NCBI GenBank assembly: GCA_024637225.1
Contig: JAGXFP010000061.1
Location: 1,217-65,216, forward strand
Direction of reading: 5' to 3'
Origin: Desulfobacterales bacterium
GTDB lineage: Bacteria > Desulfobacterota > Desulfobulbia > Desulfobulbales > JAGXFP01
DNA: 64,000 nucleotides
Part shown: piece by piece, positions 36,929 to 46,396 of the stretch
Numbering within the stretch: position 1 is the first letter of the stretch
Layout of the letters: the number at the start of each line of letters is the position of its first letter
Program-made: the position numbers and the translations under genes
Notes under the pieces: model-generated
Databases searched by the model: none
Seen by the model: only the letters and a program-made list of their open reading frames with translations
Told to the model about the DNA's origin: nothing

Positions 36929-38257
36929 ATGGCAACTCTGACCGATATTATCAATTATATTAACGGTATTGTCTGGGGCGTGCCGATGCTGGTCCTGATC
37001 GTCGGGGTTGGCGCCTACCTGATGCTCGGCCTGGGCCTGATGCCGCTTCGCAAACTCGGCTACGGCTTCCGGATGCTGTTCCGGGGCCGGGCGGTGACCG
37101 GCGAGAAAGGCGAGATCACTCCCTTCAATGCCCTGATGACCGCTCTGTCGGCGACCATCGGCACCGGCAATATCGCCGGGGTGGCGACTGCCGTCTCGGT
37201 GGGCGGACCCGGGGCGATCTTCTGGATGTGGGTTACGGCGGTGGTCGGCCTGGCCACCAAGTACGCCGAGGCGGTCTGCGCCGTCAAGTTCCGCGAGGTC
37301 GACGACCGGGGCGATCACGTCGGCGGACCGATGTACTTCATCAAAAACGGCCTCGGCCCGAAATGGGCCTGGCTCGGCTTTCTCTTCGCCCTGTTCGGGA
37401 CCGTCGCCGCCTTCGGGATCGGCAACATGGTCCAGTCCAACTCCATCGCCGCCGCCCTTTACGACAGTTACCAAATCCCGAAAATCGCTACCGGCCTGGT
37501 CCTGGCGGTCTTGGTCGGCGCGGTGATCCTCGGCGGGATCAAGCGGATCGCCAACGTCGCCGGCCGGCTGGTGCCGTTCATGGCCATCTTCTACGTGGCC
37601 TGCGGCCTTGTGATCATCTTCCTGAACCTCGATAAGGTGCCCGGCGCCTTCGGGGAGATCTTCGCCCAGGCCTTCACCGGCACCGCCGCGGCCGGCGGGT
37701 TTCTCGGCATGGTCATCAAGGGCGTGGCCCGCGGAGTCTTCTCAAACGAGGCCGGCCTGGGCAGCGCCCCCATCGCCCACGCGGCGGCCCGAACCAACGA
37801 CCCGGTCCGCCAGGGCGCCATCGCCATGCTCGGCACCTTTATCGACACCATCATCGTCTGCACCATTACCGGCCTGGTCATCGTGATCAGCGGCCTCTGG
37901 AGCGGCGGTCCGAACGGCGCCGCCCTGACTTCCCAGGCCTTCGAGCTCGGTCTGCCCGGCATCGGCAGCCACGGGGTCTCGATCGGCCTGACCCTGTTCG
38001 CCTTCACCACCATGCTCGGCTGGGCATTCTACGGCGAGAAATGCCTGGAATACCTGCTCGGCACCGGAGTAATCACCGCCTACCGGATCGTCTGGGTGAT
38101 CGCGGTCTTTACCGGCACCGTCTTAAAACTCAGTTTCGTCTGGCTGCTGGCCGATACCCTGAACGCCTTGATGGCGATCCCCAACCTGATCGGCCTGCTC
38201 CTCTTGAGCCCGGTGGTCTTCAAGATCACCCGGGAGTACCGCTTCAATAACCGGTAA
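36929..38257 (+). CDS. Sodium:alanine symporter family (AGCS) transporter
   Basis: 442 aa polytopic protein. TIGTGNIAGVATAV..GGPGAIFWMW hallmark. Confidence 0.88.
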   Translation: MATLTDIINYINGIVWGVPMLVLIVGVGAYLMLGLGLMPLRKLGYGFRMLFRGRAVTGEKGEITPFNALMTALSATIGTGNIAGVATAVSVGGPGAIFWMWVTAVVGLATKYAEAVCAVKFREVDDRGDHVGGPMYFIKNGLGPKWAWLGFLFALFGTVAAFGIGNMVQSNSIAAALYDSYQIPKIATGLVLAVLVGAVILGGIKRIANVAGRLVPFMAIFYVACGLVIIFLNLDKVPGAFGEIFAQAFTGTAAAGGFLGMVIKGVARGVFSNEAGLGSAPIAHAAARTNDPVRQGAIAMLGTFIDTIIVCTITGLVIVISGLWSGGPNGAALTSQAFELGLPGIGSHGVSIGLTLFAFTTMLGWAFYGEKCLEYLLGTGVITAYRIVWVIAVFTGTVLKLSFVWLLADTLNALMAIPNLIGLLLLSPVVFKITREYRFNNR

Positions 38258-38279
38258 CTTCTAAATGTAAGGGAACTCG

Positions 38280-38520
38280 ACTTTCTGAGTTGCGCTCTGA
38301 GCTTTAAATGGCGATATAAATTTTATTACGCCATGATTTGATTGTCTGTTGAGTAAGGGGCGAGAAGTGAGGGGTGAGGAGAAAAGGCTTAATTACCCAC
38401 AGGGCATAAGTTTCGTTCGCACCCTAAAGGGCAGCAAGGCAGACAAGCTGCTCAACTCAGCTTTAACAGCTTTCTTTTTTCTTGCTCCTCACAAGCAGAG
38501 CACTTAGTAGCAGCGTGCGG
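38280..38520. repeat. Intergenic repeat region containing the hairpin repeat (reverse orientation)
   Basis: gggcataagtttcg...gcagacaagctgctcaactcagc (38402-38461), flanked by gtgaggag / ctcctcac inverted segments. Confidence 0.7.
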
Positions 38521-38664
38521 CAAGGCGTTAATAAAAGACTTGCTGTCAATGTCTTCTTCCCAATTTTCACAAGCCTCGGCAGCCAAGAAAAAGACGATGC
38601 GTCAGTAGCACTGATGTGCTACTATAAAGGTATCTTTTTTAACATGTAGCCCTTGGAGATAACC

Positions 38665-38949
38665 ATGCCCACGACCACCATCCGTTTGCCGAAAGACCTG
38701 AAAGTTCGCGTTGCCGCGGCGGCGAAACGTTCCGGCATGACCTCGCACGGCTTCATCCTTAAGGCCATTGCGGAAAAAACGGAGCAGGAGAATCTGCACG
38801 CTGATTTCGATGCGGTTGCGGAAGATCGCTATGCTCGCATCGTTGCCTCCGGGAAGACTATTCCGTGGGAGGAAATGCGCGGCTATCTGGAAAAACGGGT
38901 TGCCGGGAAAGAGGCAAAGCGTCCGGCAAGCCGCAAACTGGCACGCTGA
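38665..38949 (+). CDS. Ribbon-helix-helix (CopG-type) antitoxin
   Basis: MPTTTIRLPKDLKVRVAAAAKRSGMTSHGFILKAI. The ATG at 38665 has GGAG upstream. Confidence 0.8.
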   Translation: MPTTTIRLPKDLKVRVAAAAKRSGMTSHGFILKAIAEKTEQENLHADFDAVAEDRYARIVASGKTIPWEEMRGYLEKRVAGKEAKRPASRKLAR

Positions 38950-38952
38950 AAG

Positions 38953-39267
38953 ATGGCGCGCCTCGAATTGGCCCCGGAGCTGTGGGAGGATTTTGACCGC
39001 ATCCTCGATCATCTTGGCCAATATAAGGTTGAAGATCCGGGGGCGCGCATTCGGGAGATCATCGAGGCGATCAACGTGCTGGAACACAGCCCCCTGATCG
39101 GCCGCACCGCTAATAATGACAAGCGAGAACTGGTAATCGGGCGTCGTTCGCACGGCTATGTGGCCTCATACCGCTACGTTGCCGAAATCGACACCGTTTT
39201 TGTCCTTGCCGTGCGCAGCCAGCGGGAGGCAGGCTATACGACCGTCCCGAAAGGAGACAAGCCGTGA
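38953..39267 (+). CDS. ParE/RelE-family toxin
   Basis: 104 aa. ...LEHSPLIGR...RELVIGRRSHGYVASYRYVAEIDTVFVLAVRSQRE. Confidence 0.8.
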   Translation: MARLELAPELWEDFDRILDHLGQYKVEDPGARIREIIEAINVLEHSPLIGRTANNDKRELVIGRRSHGYVASYRYVAEIDTVFVLAVRSQREAGYTTVPKGDKP

Positions 39268-39408
39268 GAATCCAATGACCATTGAGCCACAGGCCTGATT
39301 GATGACGGGATCATTAACCGTCTGCCGGCCGATGAGGGCTGTCGCCAGTCCATGCGGGAATTTTTTCCAGCCAATAAGTTAACTCCGCTCCCCTCAACGT
39401 CCCCGTCC

Positions 39409-39744
39409 CTACTCCTGAAAAGCATTGACATTGTCAGCAATTAAAATTTTCTGTGGAGTGGGGGACATCTTCAGATTATAAGTTTTACATTCAACGATCA
39501 TGTAATTCCTCTCTTCAGCAACCTTTCTCCTCCGCGATACCGCCAAGCTGACAGCCGATTGCGATAGCCCGAGCCTCCGTTCCAGCCAGGCCGGGGTTTT
39601 CGTATTGGCAAGGATACCGCCAAGACGTTCAAGAAACTTGTCCCGGTCCGCATCATCCTTGAAAATATTCTTCCTTTCGATATCCCTGACTTTAATGTGA
39701 TGAAGAGCACGGGGGCATCGATTCTCACTTGACGGGGGATGCAA
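39409..39744 (-). pseudogene. Internally deleted IS200-like (Y1/REP-associated type) transposase remnant
   Basis: Retains the N-terminal ...ALHHIKVRDIERKNIFKDDADRDKFLERLG and the C-terminal HTH LGLSQSAVSLAVSR. Lacks the HUH/Tyr core between them. Confidence 0.6.
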
Positions 39745-39793
39745 AAAATTTATTAAAAGAATACACGTAAAGCAAAAAACTTATAATCTGAAG
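39469..39793. mobile_element. 325-bp element bounded by 18-bp perfect inverted repeats, enclosing the transposase remnant
   Basis: cttcagattataagtttt (39469-39486) and aaaacttataatctgaag (39776-39793). Confidence 0.6.
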
Positions 39794-39991
39794 AACACTT
39801 TTGCCCCACGAAAGCTTTTCAAGGTTCTAAAAACGCTGCCGCCAGCGCAACCCGTTATTCATTTTTTCATCTCGATTTTTGCAAAGTTTTTTTTCAGGAT
39901 AAGGGTGTTTAGCCTTTCTTCCTTATCAGGTTTAGCCTTTTTGGCCCTTGCCATTTGATCTTCTCCGGAATTCGGGGAAGGGTTTGCCAAC

Positions 39992-42229
39992 TTAAGGGAG
40001 ATCGTCGCCGGACTCGAAAAGTCTTGCCAGATAGGCTTCCAGGGTCGCATCGGCGATGGAAACCATTAAAGGGATATCCTTGAGCGGTGTCCCTTCATCG
40101 GCGACGGCGTTGGCGACGTGGTACATGCCGATCCAGGACACCTGCGGCCGCTGCCGGGCCGACTTGAGCCAGAGGGTGGTCAGCACCAACCGTTTCAGCC
40201 AGACCCGGCGTCGTTTCACCAACATCCTGTCGAGCAATCGTTTGATGGCCTTGGCGGGATCGAGATCCTTCCTGGTCGCGGCGGCGGCGATCGTCCGGTC
40301 CACTTCCGGACTGTCCTCGAACCAGGAAAAGGCGAAGGGCGCAAACATATGCCACTCGCCCGAATCTTCAAGGGCTTCCTCGACCACTTTCTCGGTCAGT
40401 TGGCCGGGGGCGGTCCGCGCCAGGAACTCACCGAGAGCGGCGAGTTCGCGCAGCGGCTCGAAGGGCAGGGGCTGCCATTGTTCGCGGCCCAAGCGTTCGG
40501 CGATGGCGACCAGTTCGGCGGGCGGCGCCTTGCCCAGATCCGTTCCTTCGGCCAGGGCCTGGCAGAGGCGGAGATCGAGATATTCCAAAGTAGACTCCTG
40601 GGCGCCGGTTCCCTCCTCAAGCATGGCCAGAAATTTCTTCCTGTCCCGCTTGTTTTCCAGGGGGACCATGAAGGCATCGGCCACTCCCGTTCCTTCCTTG
40701 AGGAGAATCGAGCAACTGAGAAACCCCTTGCCCTCGGGGACGATTACCTGGAAGGTCTGCGCGCCCGCCCCGTCGATGACCGAGGCCTGAACGGTCAACT
40801 TCGCTTCCGCCGCCGGCATCGGCGCGCATTCGACCCGGGCCTGACGGGCATGGGCGATGGCCTGGTCGATGTTGGCGCGGATCGGTTCGGGAAACCAGTT
40901 GCGGGACACGATCAAGCGCCGCAGGGTGGCGGGCGATAGAAGGTCGCCGGCCACCGAAGCCAATTGTTGCGCCATGCCCTCGCGAACTCTCGCCAAAGGA
41001 TGGAAGAGCATCAGGGCCGCCGTGTCCCGGATCAGCTGGGAAGGAGCGCCCAGCATCTCCCTGCCCAGGGCGGTCTCGATATCGGCATCGCCCACCGCGG
41101 TTAATTCCAGAAGGGCGTTCAGCAGCTCGAAGGGCGATTCCAGCTCCAGTTCCTCCAGACTGCGGAACAGGCCTGGCAAATCGAACTGGCCACCAAAGGG
41201 CAATATGCCTTCGGATTGGAGCCGTTCTCCCTGCGCCATGATCCGTTGCCGGCCCGCTTCGTGGAGTTGCGGCAGAATCTCGACCCGGGTCTGCAACAGT
41301 ATGTTGGTGACCGCCATGCACAATTCGTCCGGAGCGGAGCCGGTAAAGATTTGCTCGGCCAGGGCATTCTGCCAGCGCGCCATCCGCTTTTCGGCCGCCG
41401 GATCCCGCCTGTCTAACTCGGTCCGCAGAATTTCCATGGAATCGAAGAGCAGCCGCAAGGCCGCGTCAAAACCAGCCTCGTCTTCCTGACCCTCGGAAAA
41501 ATACCGGACCAGCAGAGCCGCCATTTCGGCGCCCGCCTCGGCATGGTTCAGCAGATAATGGCGGATTCCCTGCTGAAGGGCGCGATGGCTCGAAAACTCC
41601 TCGTCTCGAGGCAATTGCCGGTATAGCTCAATAAATCCGGCCAGATCCTCGGTTTGGAGGGAAGATGCGAATAAATCGAGTTGGCGGGCGTTGCCGGTCT
41701 TTCGGTCCCGGGGAGCGGGACCGGCGGCCCGGCTGGATTTCTCAAGGGAATTGGCACGCATCTCGTCCCACGGTTCCGGCTCTTCTATCTCCCGGCGAAT
41801 CCTGCCCGGTTTGGGGAAAGCTGCGCCATCATAGGCACGGCCGTCGACCCGGCGACGAACTTTTCGATAGCGTTTGTACATGCCGCTGAGCCAGGCCGGG
41901 TTGTCGTTGATGAGGTCGACGAAAATTTCCAGGAGGTCCCAGGCGACGGCGGGCTGGTCGAAATCGCTCAGAAAGGGGCCGGCGAACGACTGGTCGGGAT
42001 CGAAGCCGAAATCGATGGCCGCCCCGGTCGTGCCCTCCTTGTCTATCACGAAAACCGTGGTGCGGCGGCAGTCGCAGTCCTTTTCGATGCAATAGCTCTC
42101 GACAAACAAGTACTCCCCGGCCTTGGCCTTCCCGACCTTGACCGACAGGGTCAAGCCGAAGACCCCCTCCTTAGCCCGGGGAAAGATAGTCAGGTACGGC
42201 ACCATTCCGTCAAAATCTTCAAGATCCAT
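39992..42229 (-). CDS. Large hypothetical protein (745 aa), function unknown
   Basis: Uninterrupted GC-rich ORF. N-terminal ~130-aa domain with ESYCIEKDCDCRR (C-x4-C-x-C). The remainder is predicted to be mostly helical. No catalytic or nucleotide-binding motif recognised. Confidence 0.75.
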   Translation of the reverse strand: MDLEDFDGMVPYLTIFPRAKEGVFGLTLSVKVGKAKAGEYLFVESYCIEKDCDCRRTTVFVIDKEGTTGAAIDFGFDPDQSFAGPFLSDFDQPAVAWDLLEIFVDLINDNPAWLSGMYKRYRKVRRRVDGRAYDGAAFPKPGRIRREIEEPEPWDEMRANSLEKSSRAAGPAPRDRKTGNARQLDLFASSLQTEDLAGFIELYRQLPRDEEFSSHRALQQGIRHYLLNHAEAGAEMAALLVRYFSEGQEDEAGFDAALRLLFDSMEILRTELDRRDPAAEKRMARWQNALAEQIFTGSAPDELCMAVTNILLQTRVEILPQLHEAGRQRIMAQGERLQSEGILPFGGQFDLPGLFRSLEELELESPFELLNALLELTAVGDADIETALGREMLGAPSQLIRDTAALMLFHPLARVREGMAQQLASVAGDLLSPATLRRLIVSRNWFPEPIRANIDQAIAHARQARVECAPMPAAEAKLTVQASVIDGAGAQTFQVIVPEGKGFLSCSILLKEGTGVADAFMVPLENKRDRKKFLAMLEEGTGAQESTLEYLDLRLCQALAEGTDLGKAPPAELVAIAERLGREQWQPLPFEPLRELAALGEFLARTAPGQLTEKVVEEALEDSGEWHMFAPFAFSWFEDSPEVDRTIAAAATRKDLDPAKAIKRLLDRMLVKRRRVWLKRLVLTTLWLKSARQRPQVSWIGMYHVANAVADEGTPLKDIPLMVSIADATLEAYLARLFESGDDLP

Positions 42230-42755
42230 GTATTCCGCTCCTTTTCAATTGATCTTATCAATAATTTGAACAATGCCTTCCGACAAGTAATTTCCTCCCT
42301 TCCGATGTCTTTTTTTGCGGAAGCGGCCGGCATCCGAAGGGGGACGAGCCGTTGTGATCGCGGTTCGGCGGGAACTCGTGGAAAGTCGGGACGGGCGCGC
42401 TCATGATCGAAGCGCACGGGAGAAGAGCTTTACAAAGACAGGCCTGCCAGCGGGGCATAATGGGGGTTCCGGGGACACCATCCTCATCTATTGCTTTTTT
42501 CGGTCCCTTTTTTTGCCTTCTTTTTATTGCTGAAATCACCCTTTCTCATCATAATGCCACTTCAATTGCCGTGATTATAAGTCCCTTCTATTCAAAAAAT
42601 AGTCCTAGGGGAATTAGTTTAACCCAACTCGCCACATCCACTTCTTCTTCCCAATTTTCACGATCCTCGGCACCCAAGAAAAAGACGATGTGCCAGTAGC
42701 ACTGATGTGCTACTATAAATGTATCCTTTTTAACTTGTAGCCCTTGGAGACAACC

Positions 42756-43040
42756 ATGTCCACGACCACCATCCGTTTGCCGGAAGACCTGAAAGCCCGC
42801 GTTGCCGCAGCGGCGAAACGTTCCGGCATGACCTCGCACGGCTTCATCCTTGCGGCCATTGCGGAAAAGACGGAGCAGGAGAATCTGCGCGCTGATTTCG
42901 ATGCGGTTGCAGAAGATCGCTATGCTCGCATCGTTGCCTCCGGAAAGACTATTCCGTGGGAGGAAATGCGCGGCTATCTGGAAAAACGGGTTGCCGGGAA
43001 AGCGGCAAAGCGCCCGGCAAGGCGCAAACTGGCACGCTGA
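42756..43040 (+). CDS. Ribbon-helix-helix (CopG-type) antitoxin, second copy
   Basis: MSTTTIRLPEDLKARVAAAAKRSGMTSHGFILAAI. Confidence 0.8.
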   Translation: MSTTTIRLPEDLKARVAAAAKRSGMTSHGFILAAIAEKTEQENLRADFDAVAEDRYARIVASGKTIPWEEMRGYLEKRVAGKAAKRPARRKLAR

Positions 43041-43042
43041 AG

Positions 43043-43357
43043 ATGGCGCGCCTCGAATTGGCCCCGGAGGTGGAGGGGGATTTTGACCGCATCCTTGATC
43101 ATCTTGCCCAATTTCAGGTTGAAGATCAGGGGGCGCGCATTCGGGAGATCGTCGAGTCGATCAACGTGCTGGAACACAGCCCCCTGATCGGCAGCCCCAC
43201 GATTAATGACAAGCGAGAACTGGTAATCGGGCGTCGTTCGCACGGCTATGTGGCCTCATACCGCTACGTTGCCGAAATCGACACCGTTTTTGTCCTTGCC
43301 GTGCGCAACCAGCGAGAGGCAGGCTATACGACCCTCCCGAAAGGAGACAAGCCGTGA
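43043..43357 (+). CDS. ParE/RelE-family toxin, second copy
   Basis: MARLELAPEVEGDFDRILDHLAQF.... ATG at 43043, 2 nt after the antitoxin stop. Confidence 0.8.
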   Translation: MARLELAPEVEGDFDRILDHLAQFQVEDQGARIREIVESINVLEHSPLIGSPTINDKRELVIGRRSHGYVASYRYVAEIDTVFVLAVRNQREAGYTTLPKGDKP

Positions 43358-43489
43358 GAACCCAATGGCCATTGAACCACCTTGGGTTCGGGCCACGCTC
43401 GGCCACGCTCGGCCACGCTATGCTTAACTTTGTTATCTATTTTTAAGGTGATTGCTGGATCGAGCTGGTTTGCTTCAGCATCGAGTAAA

Positions 43490-46396
43490 TCACGGGGGGC
43501 TGTTTACGGACGGCTTTCCGGAAAAGAGCGGCGCGCGTTCGTAGGCCAGATCCGGTTCGCCGCAGTGGGCCAGCAGCCAGGTTCTGACCCGGTTACGTAA
43601 TTCCAGAGCACCCCGCCACTGGTCGTTACCGGCTTCGGACAGGATAGCTTCCGAATCGATCGGCTCGCCGATTATCACCCGGATCCGCCCCCGGCGCGGG
43701 AACCAGGACTTGGCGCGCAGAACCGAACGGCTGCCCCGGATCGCCACCGGCACCAGCATTGCCTTGCTTGCCGCCGCGGTTTCGAAGGCTCCCATCCGGA
43801 AGGGCAGCAGCCCCGGCATCCGCATGAAGGTACCCTCCGGGAAGAAGGCCAGGGAGCGGCCGCTTGCAACTTGATTGGCGAACTTTTGCGAGTCCGCTAC
43901 TCCCCTGGTCTGGTCGAACCGTTCGACAAACTTCGTTCCCAGCCGGGGCAGGAGCAGGCGGAGCAGAAAATTCCCCTGCAGTTCCGCCTTGGCGATAAAG
44001 CCGAAAGGACGGGGCAGGGCGCCGGCCAGGATGATGCTGTCCAGATAGCTCGCGTGGTTTACGGCCAGAACACAAGGGGTGGAACGCTTCGGCAAGTTCT
44101 CCAGCCCTTCGACCTTCAGGGGCATGCCGCCCAGCCTGAACACCAGTTTTACCAACAAGCGGTTGAATTGCCAGCGCAGATTCATGGTCGGCAGGAGCCC
44201 CACCGCCAGAATTGAAAATGGCGCGGCCAACCCGAAAAGCAGCCAGGCATAGGTCGCATAGCCGAGGTCGGCGAGGCTGCGCATCCCCTTGCGGAGCTGA
44301 GTGGTGGCGCTGGCCAGGGCAAAAGCGGTCAGCTGGAGCCATGGCGGCCGGGATGATTTGCCCACCCGGCCCTGTTCATAGAGTTCCCGGCAACTGTTTC
44401 TCCTGATCTTACCGCTTGAGGTCTTGAGCACCGTGTTGGGCGGGGCCAGCACCACCTCGTCGGGCGCGGTACCGGTAATATCGGTGACCGCGCTGTTGAT
44501 TTCCTGCCGGATTTTTCGCAGATCCTCCGGCCGCCGCTTGCGGGTTTCGGCCAGCACCACCAGCCGTTCGGTGCCGCTCCGCCGGTCGGTGGAGCCGAAG
44601 ACCGCCACATTGCCCTGGCGGACCCCTTCAATGGCGCCGACCGCCTCTTCGAGTTCGACCGGATAGATGTTGCGGCCGCCCTTGATAATCATATCCTTGC
44701 TGCGCCCGGTAATAAAAATTTCGCCGTCGGCCAGATAGCCGAGATCGCCGGAATCGAGCCAGGGCCCGTGGAACAGCTTGCCGGTCTCTTCGGGATTCCT
44801 GTGATAACCGCTGGTGGCGGACGGTCCCTGGAACTGGATATGGCCCTGGCGCCGGTCGGGCAGTTCCCGGTCGTGGTCGTCGACCACCCGGATCTGATGG
44901 CCGGGCAACGGAAAACCGCAGCCGGGCAGACTGAGGGCATCGCTCCGTTCCGGCGGAACCGGCTCGGCCCTGCCTTCCTTCATCAGTTTCCCCCGGTCGA
45001 TCCGGTCGACCCGTACCCCCCGTCCTAAAGACGGAAAGGCCAGACCCACCGAGGATTCGGCCAGGCCGTAGACCGGCATCATGGCTTGCGGCCGGAAACC
45101 GAAAGGGGCAAAGCGCTCGCTAAATGCGTCGATAATGGCCGGGCTGACCGCTTCGGCCCCGTTAAAGGCGCAGCGCCAGGAACTAAGATCGATGCCCTGC
45201 AGTTCGGCATTGTCGATCCGGCGCCGGCACAGTTCATAGGCGAAGTTCGGGGCGGCGGCCAGGGTCCCCCGGTGGCGGCTGATCGCTTTGAGCCAGCGGA
45301 CCGGCCGGGCCAGAAAGGTCAGGGGCGACATGATCACCAGGGGACAGGCGAAGTAAAGGCTGCCGAGCCAGGCCCCGATCAGCCCCATATCGTGGTAGAG
45401 GGGCAGCCAGCTGACAAAGACATCATCGGAGCTGACCTCGATCGCCCTCCCCATCGCCCGGATATTGGCCAGCAGATTGGCATTGCTCAGCACCACCCCC
45501 TTGGGTGTCCCGGTGCTGCCGGAGGTGTACTGGATGAAGGCGGTATCCCCGCCGCCCCGGACCGGCTGGTGGAGGGTCCGACCCCGGCCCGCCGCCTGAA
45601 GCTCGGCGACGGTGGCCACGGTTTCGAGGTTGATCGCCTTTTTATGCATCAGCCTGGTGAAGCTGAGCGCCTCCGCCATGGTGATCATGATTTTTGCCTG
45701 ACAATTCGCGGCGATGGCGGCGTGGCGCCGGAGGTGCTCTTCGATCTGTTTGATCCGCCCCGGCGGATAGACCGGCACCGGCACCGCCCCGGCCAGGAGG
45801 ACCCCGAAAAAGGAGATGAAATAGTCGCGGCCGGTGGCCAGCATGATCAGCACCGCTTCGCCGGCGGCAAGCCCCTGGCTTTGCAGGCCGGCTGCGAGGA
45901 GGGCAGCTTCGCCATAGAGGTCGGAGTAGGAGATGATCTCGTCGTCGCCCGCCTCGCGGTAAAGCCGGATATGGGTCCGGCCGCCATGGTTTTCGGCGTG
46001 ATAGCGGAGGACCTCGGCCAGGGTGACGGCGCCGGCCGGGGCGGCCAATGCTTTTCCCGGCGCCTCCTGTTGCGGCTTCGCGCTCTCCCGGTCCGGGGCC
46101 GCTGTTTCTCCTTCCTCCGCCGGACCCGCGGCCAGGGCGGCCCGCAGCAGATCGCGGGGCGTTTCGGCCCCGGCCATCACTCTTTCCGGCAGGGCGACCG
46201 CGAAACCTTTTTCGAGCCGGGCCAGAAGCTCGACCCGGGTCAGGCTGTCCAAGCCCAGATCCCGGTCCAGGGAGCTGTCTAGGGTAATGGGAAGCTGCCG
46301 GTAGGTTGAAGGATGAACTTCGGCGACCAGCTGCCGGACGATGTCGAGGACCCGGGCCTCGCCTGCCGCGGCGGGGATCGTTTTTTCAGGATTCAT
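43490..46396 (-). CDS. Tri-domain carrier protein / acyl-AMP ligase / lysophospholipid acyltransferase (Aas-like, permuted)
   Basis: PP-binding LGLDSLTRVELL. AMP-binding YTSGSTGTPKGV and GDLGY...GRSKD. TM segment. PlsC HX4D motif NHASYLD plus FPEGT. The ATG at 46396 overlaps the MFS gene end by 11 nt. Confidence 0.85.
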   Translation of the reverse strand: MNPEKTIPAAAGEARVLDIVRQLVAEVHPSTYRQLPITLDSSLDRDLGLDSLTRVELLARLEKGFAVALPERVMAGAETPRDLLRAALAAGPAEEGETAAPDRESAKPQQEAPGKALAAPAGAVTLAEVLRYHAENHGGRTHIRLYREAGDDEIISYSDLYGEAALLAAGLQSQGLAAGEAVLIMLATGRDYFISFFGVLLAGAVPVPVYPPGRIKQIEEHLRRHAAIAANCQAKIMITMAEALSFTRLMHKKAINLETVATVAELQAAGRGRTLHQPVRGGGDTAFIQYTSGSTGTPKGVVLSNANLLANIRAMGRAIEVSSDDVFVSWLPLYHDMGLIGAWLGSLYFACPLVIMSPLTFLARPVRWLKAISRHRGTLAAAPNFAYELCRRRIDNAELQGIDLSSWRCAFNGAEAVSPAIIDAFSERFAPFGFRPQAMMPVYGLAESSVGLAFPSLGRGVRVDRIDRGKLMKEGRAEPVPPERSDALSLPGCGFPLPGHQIRVVDDHDRELPDRRQGHIQFQGPSATSGYHRNPEETGKLFHGPWLDSGDLGYLADGEIFITGRSKDMIIKGGRNIYPVELEEAVGAIEGVRQGNVAVFGSTDRRSGTERLVVLAETRKRRPEDLRKIRQEINSAVTDITGTAPDEVVLAPPNTVLKTSSGKIRRNSCRELYEQGRVGKSSRPPWLQLTAFALASATTQLRKGMRSLADLGYATYAWLLFGLAAPFSILAVGLLPTMNLRWQFNRLLVKLVFRLGGMPLKVEGLENLPKRSTPCVLAVNHASYLDSIILAGALPRPFGFIAKAELQGNFLLRLLLPRLGTKFVERFDQTRGVADSQKFANQVASGRSLAFFPEGTFMRMPGLLPFRMGAFETAAASKAMLVPVAIRGSRSVLRAKSWFPRRGRIRVIIGEPIDSEAILSEAGNDQWRGALELRNRVRTWLLAHCGEPDLAYERAPLFSGKPSVNSPP

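Larger units (their letters stand above)
38553..39290 (+). repeat. Direct repeat copy 1 (~738 bp) carrying an RHH/ParE module
   Basis: Aligns end to end with 42644-43380, with scattered substitutions and one 1-nt indel. Confidence 0.9.
42644..43380 (+). repeat. Direct repeat copy 2 (~737 bp) carrying an RHH/ParE module
   Basis: See 38553-39290. The offset between copies is 4091/4090 nt. Confidence 0.9.

Noticed and set aside
43388-43417. Triple 10-bp tandem ggccacgctc directly after TA repeat copy 2
   Set aside because: It is too short and simple to interpret. It is most likely slippage at the repeat boundary. It is mentioned only because it marks where the duplication ends.
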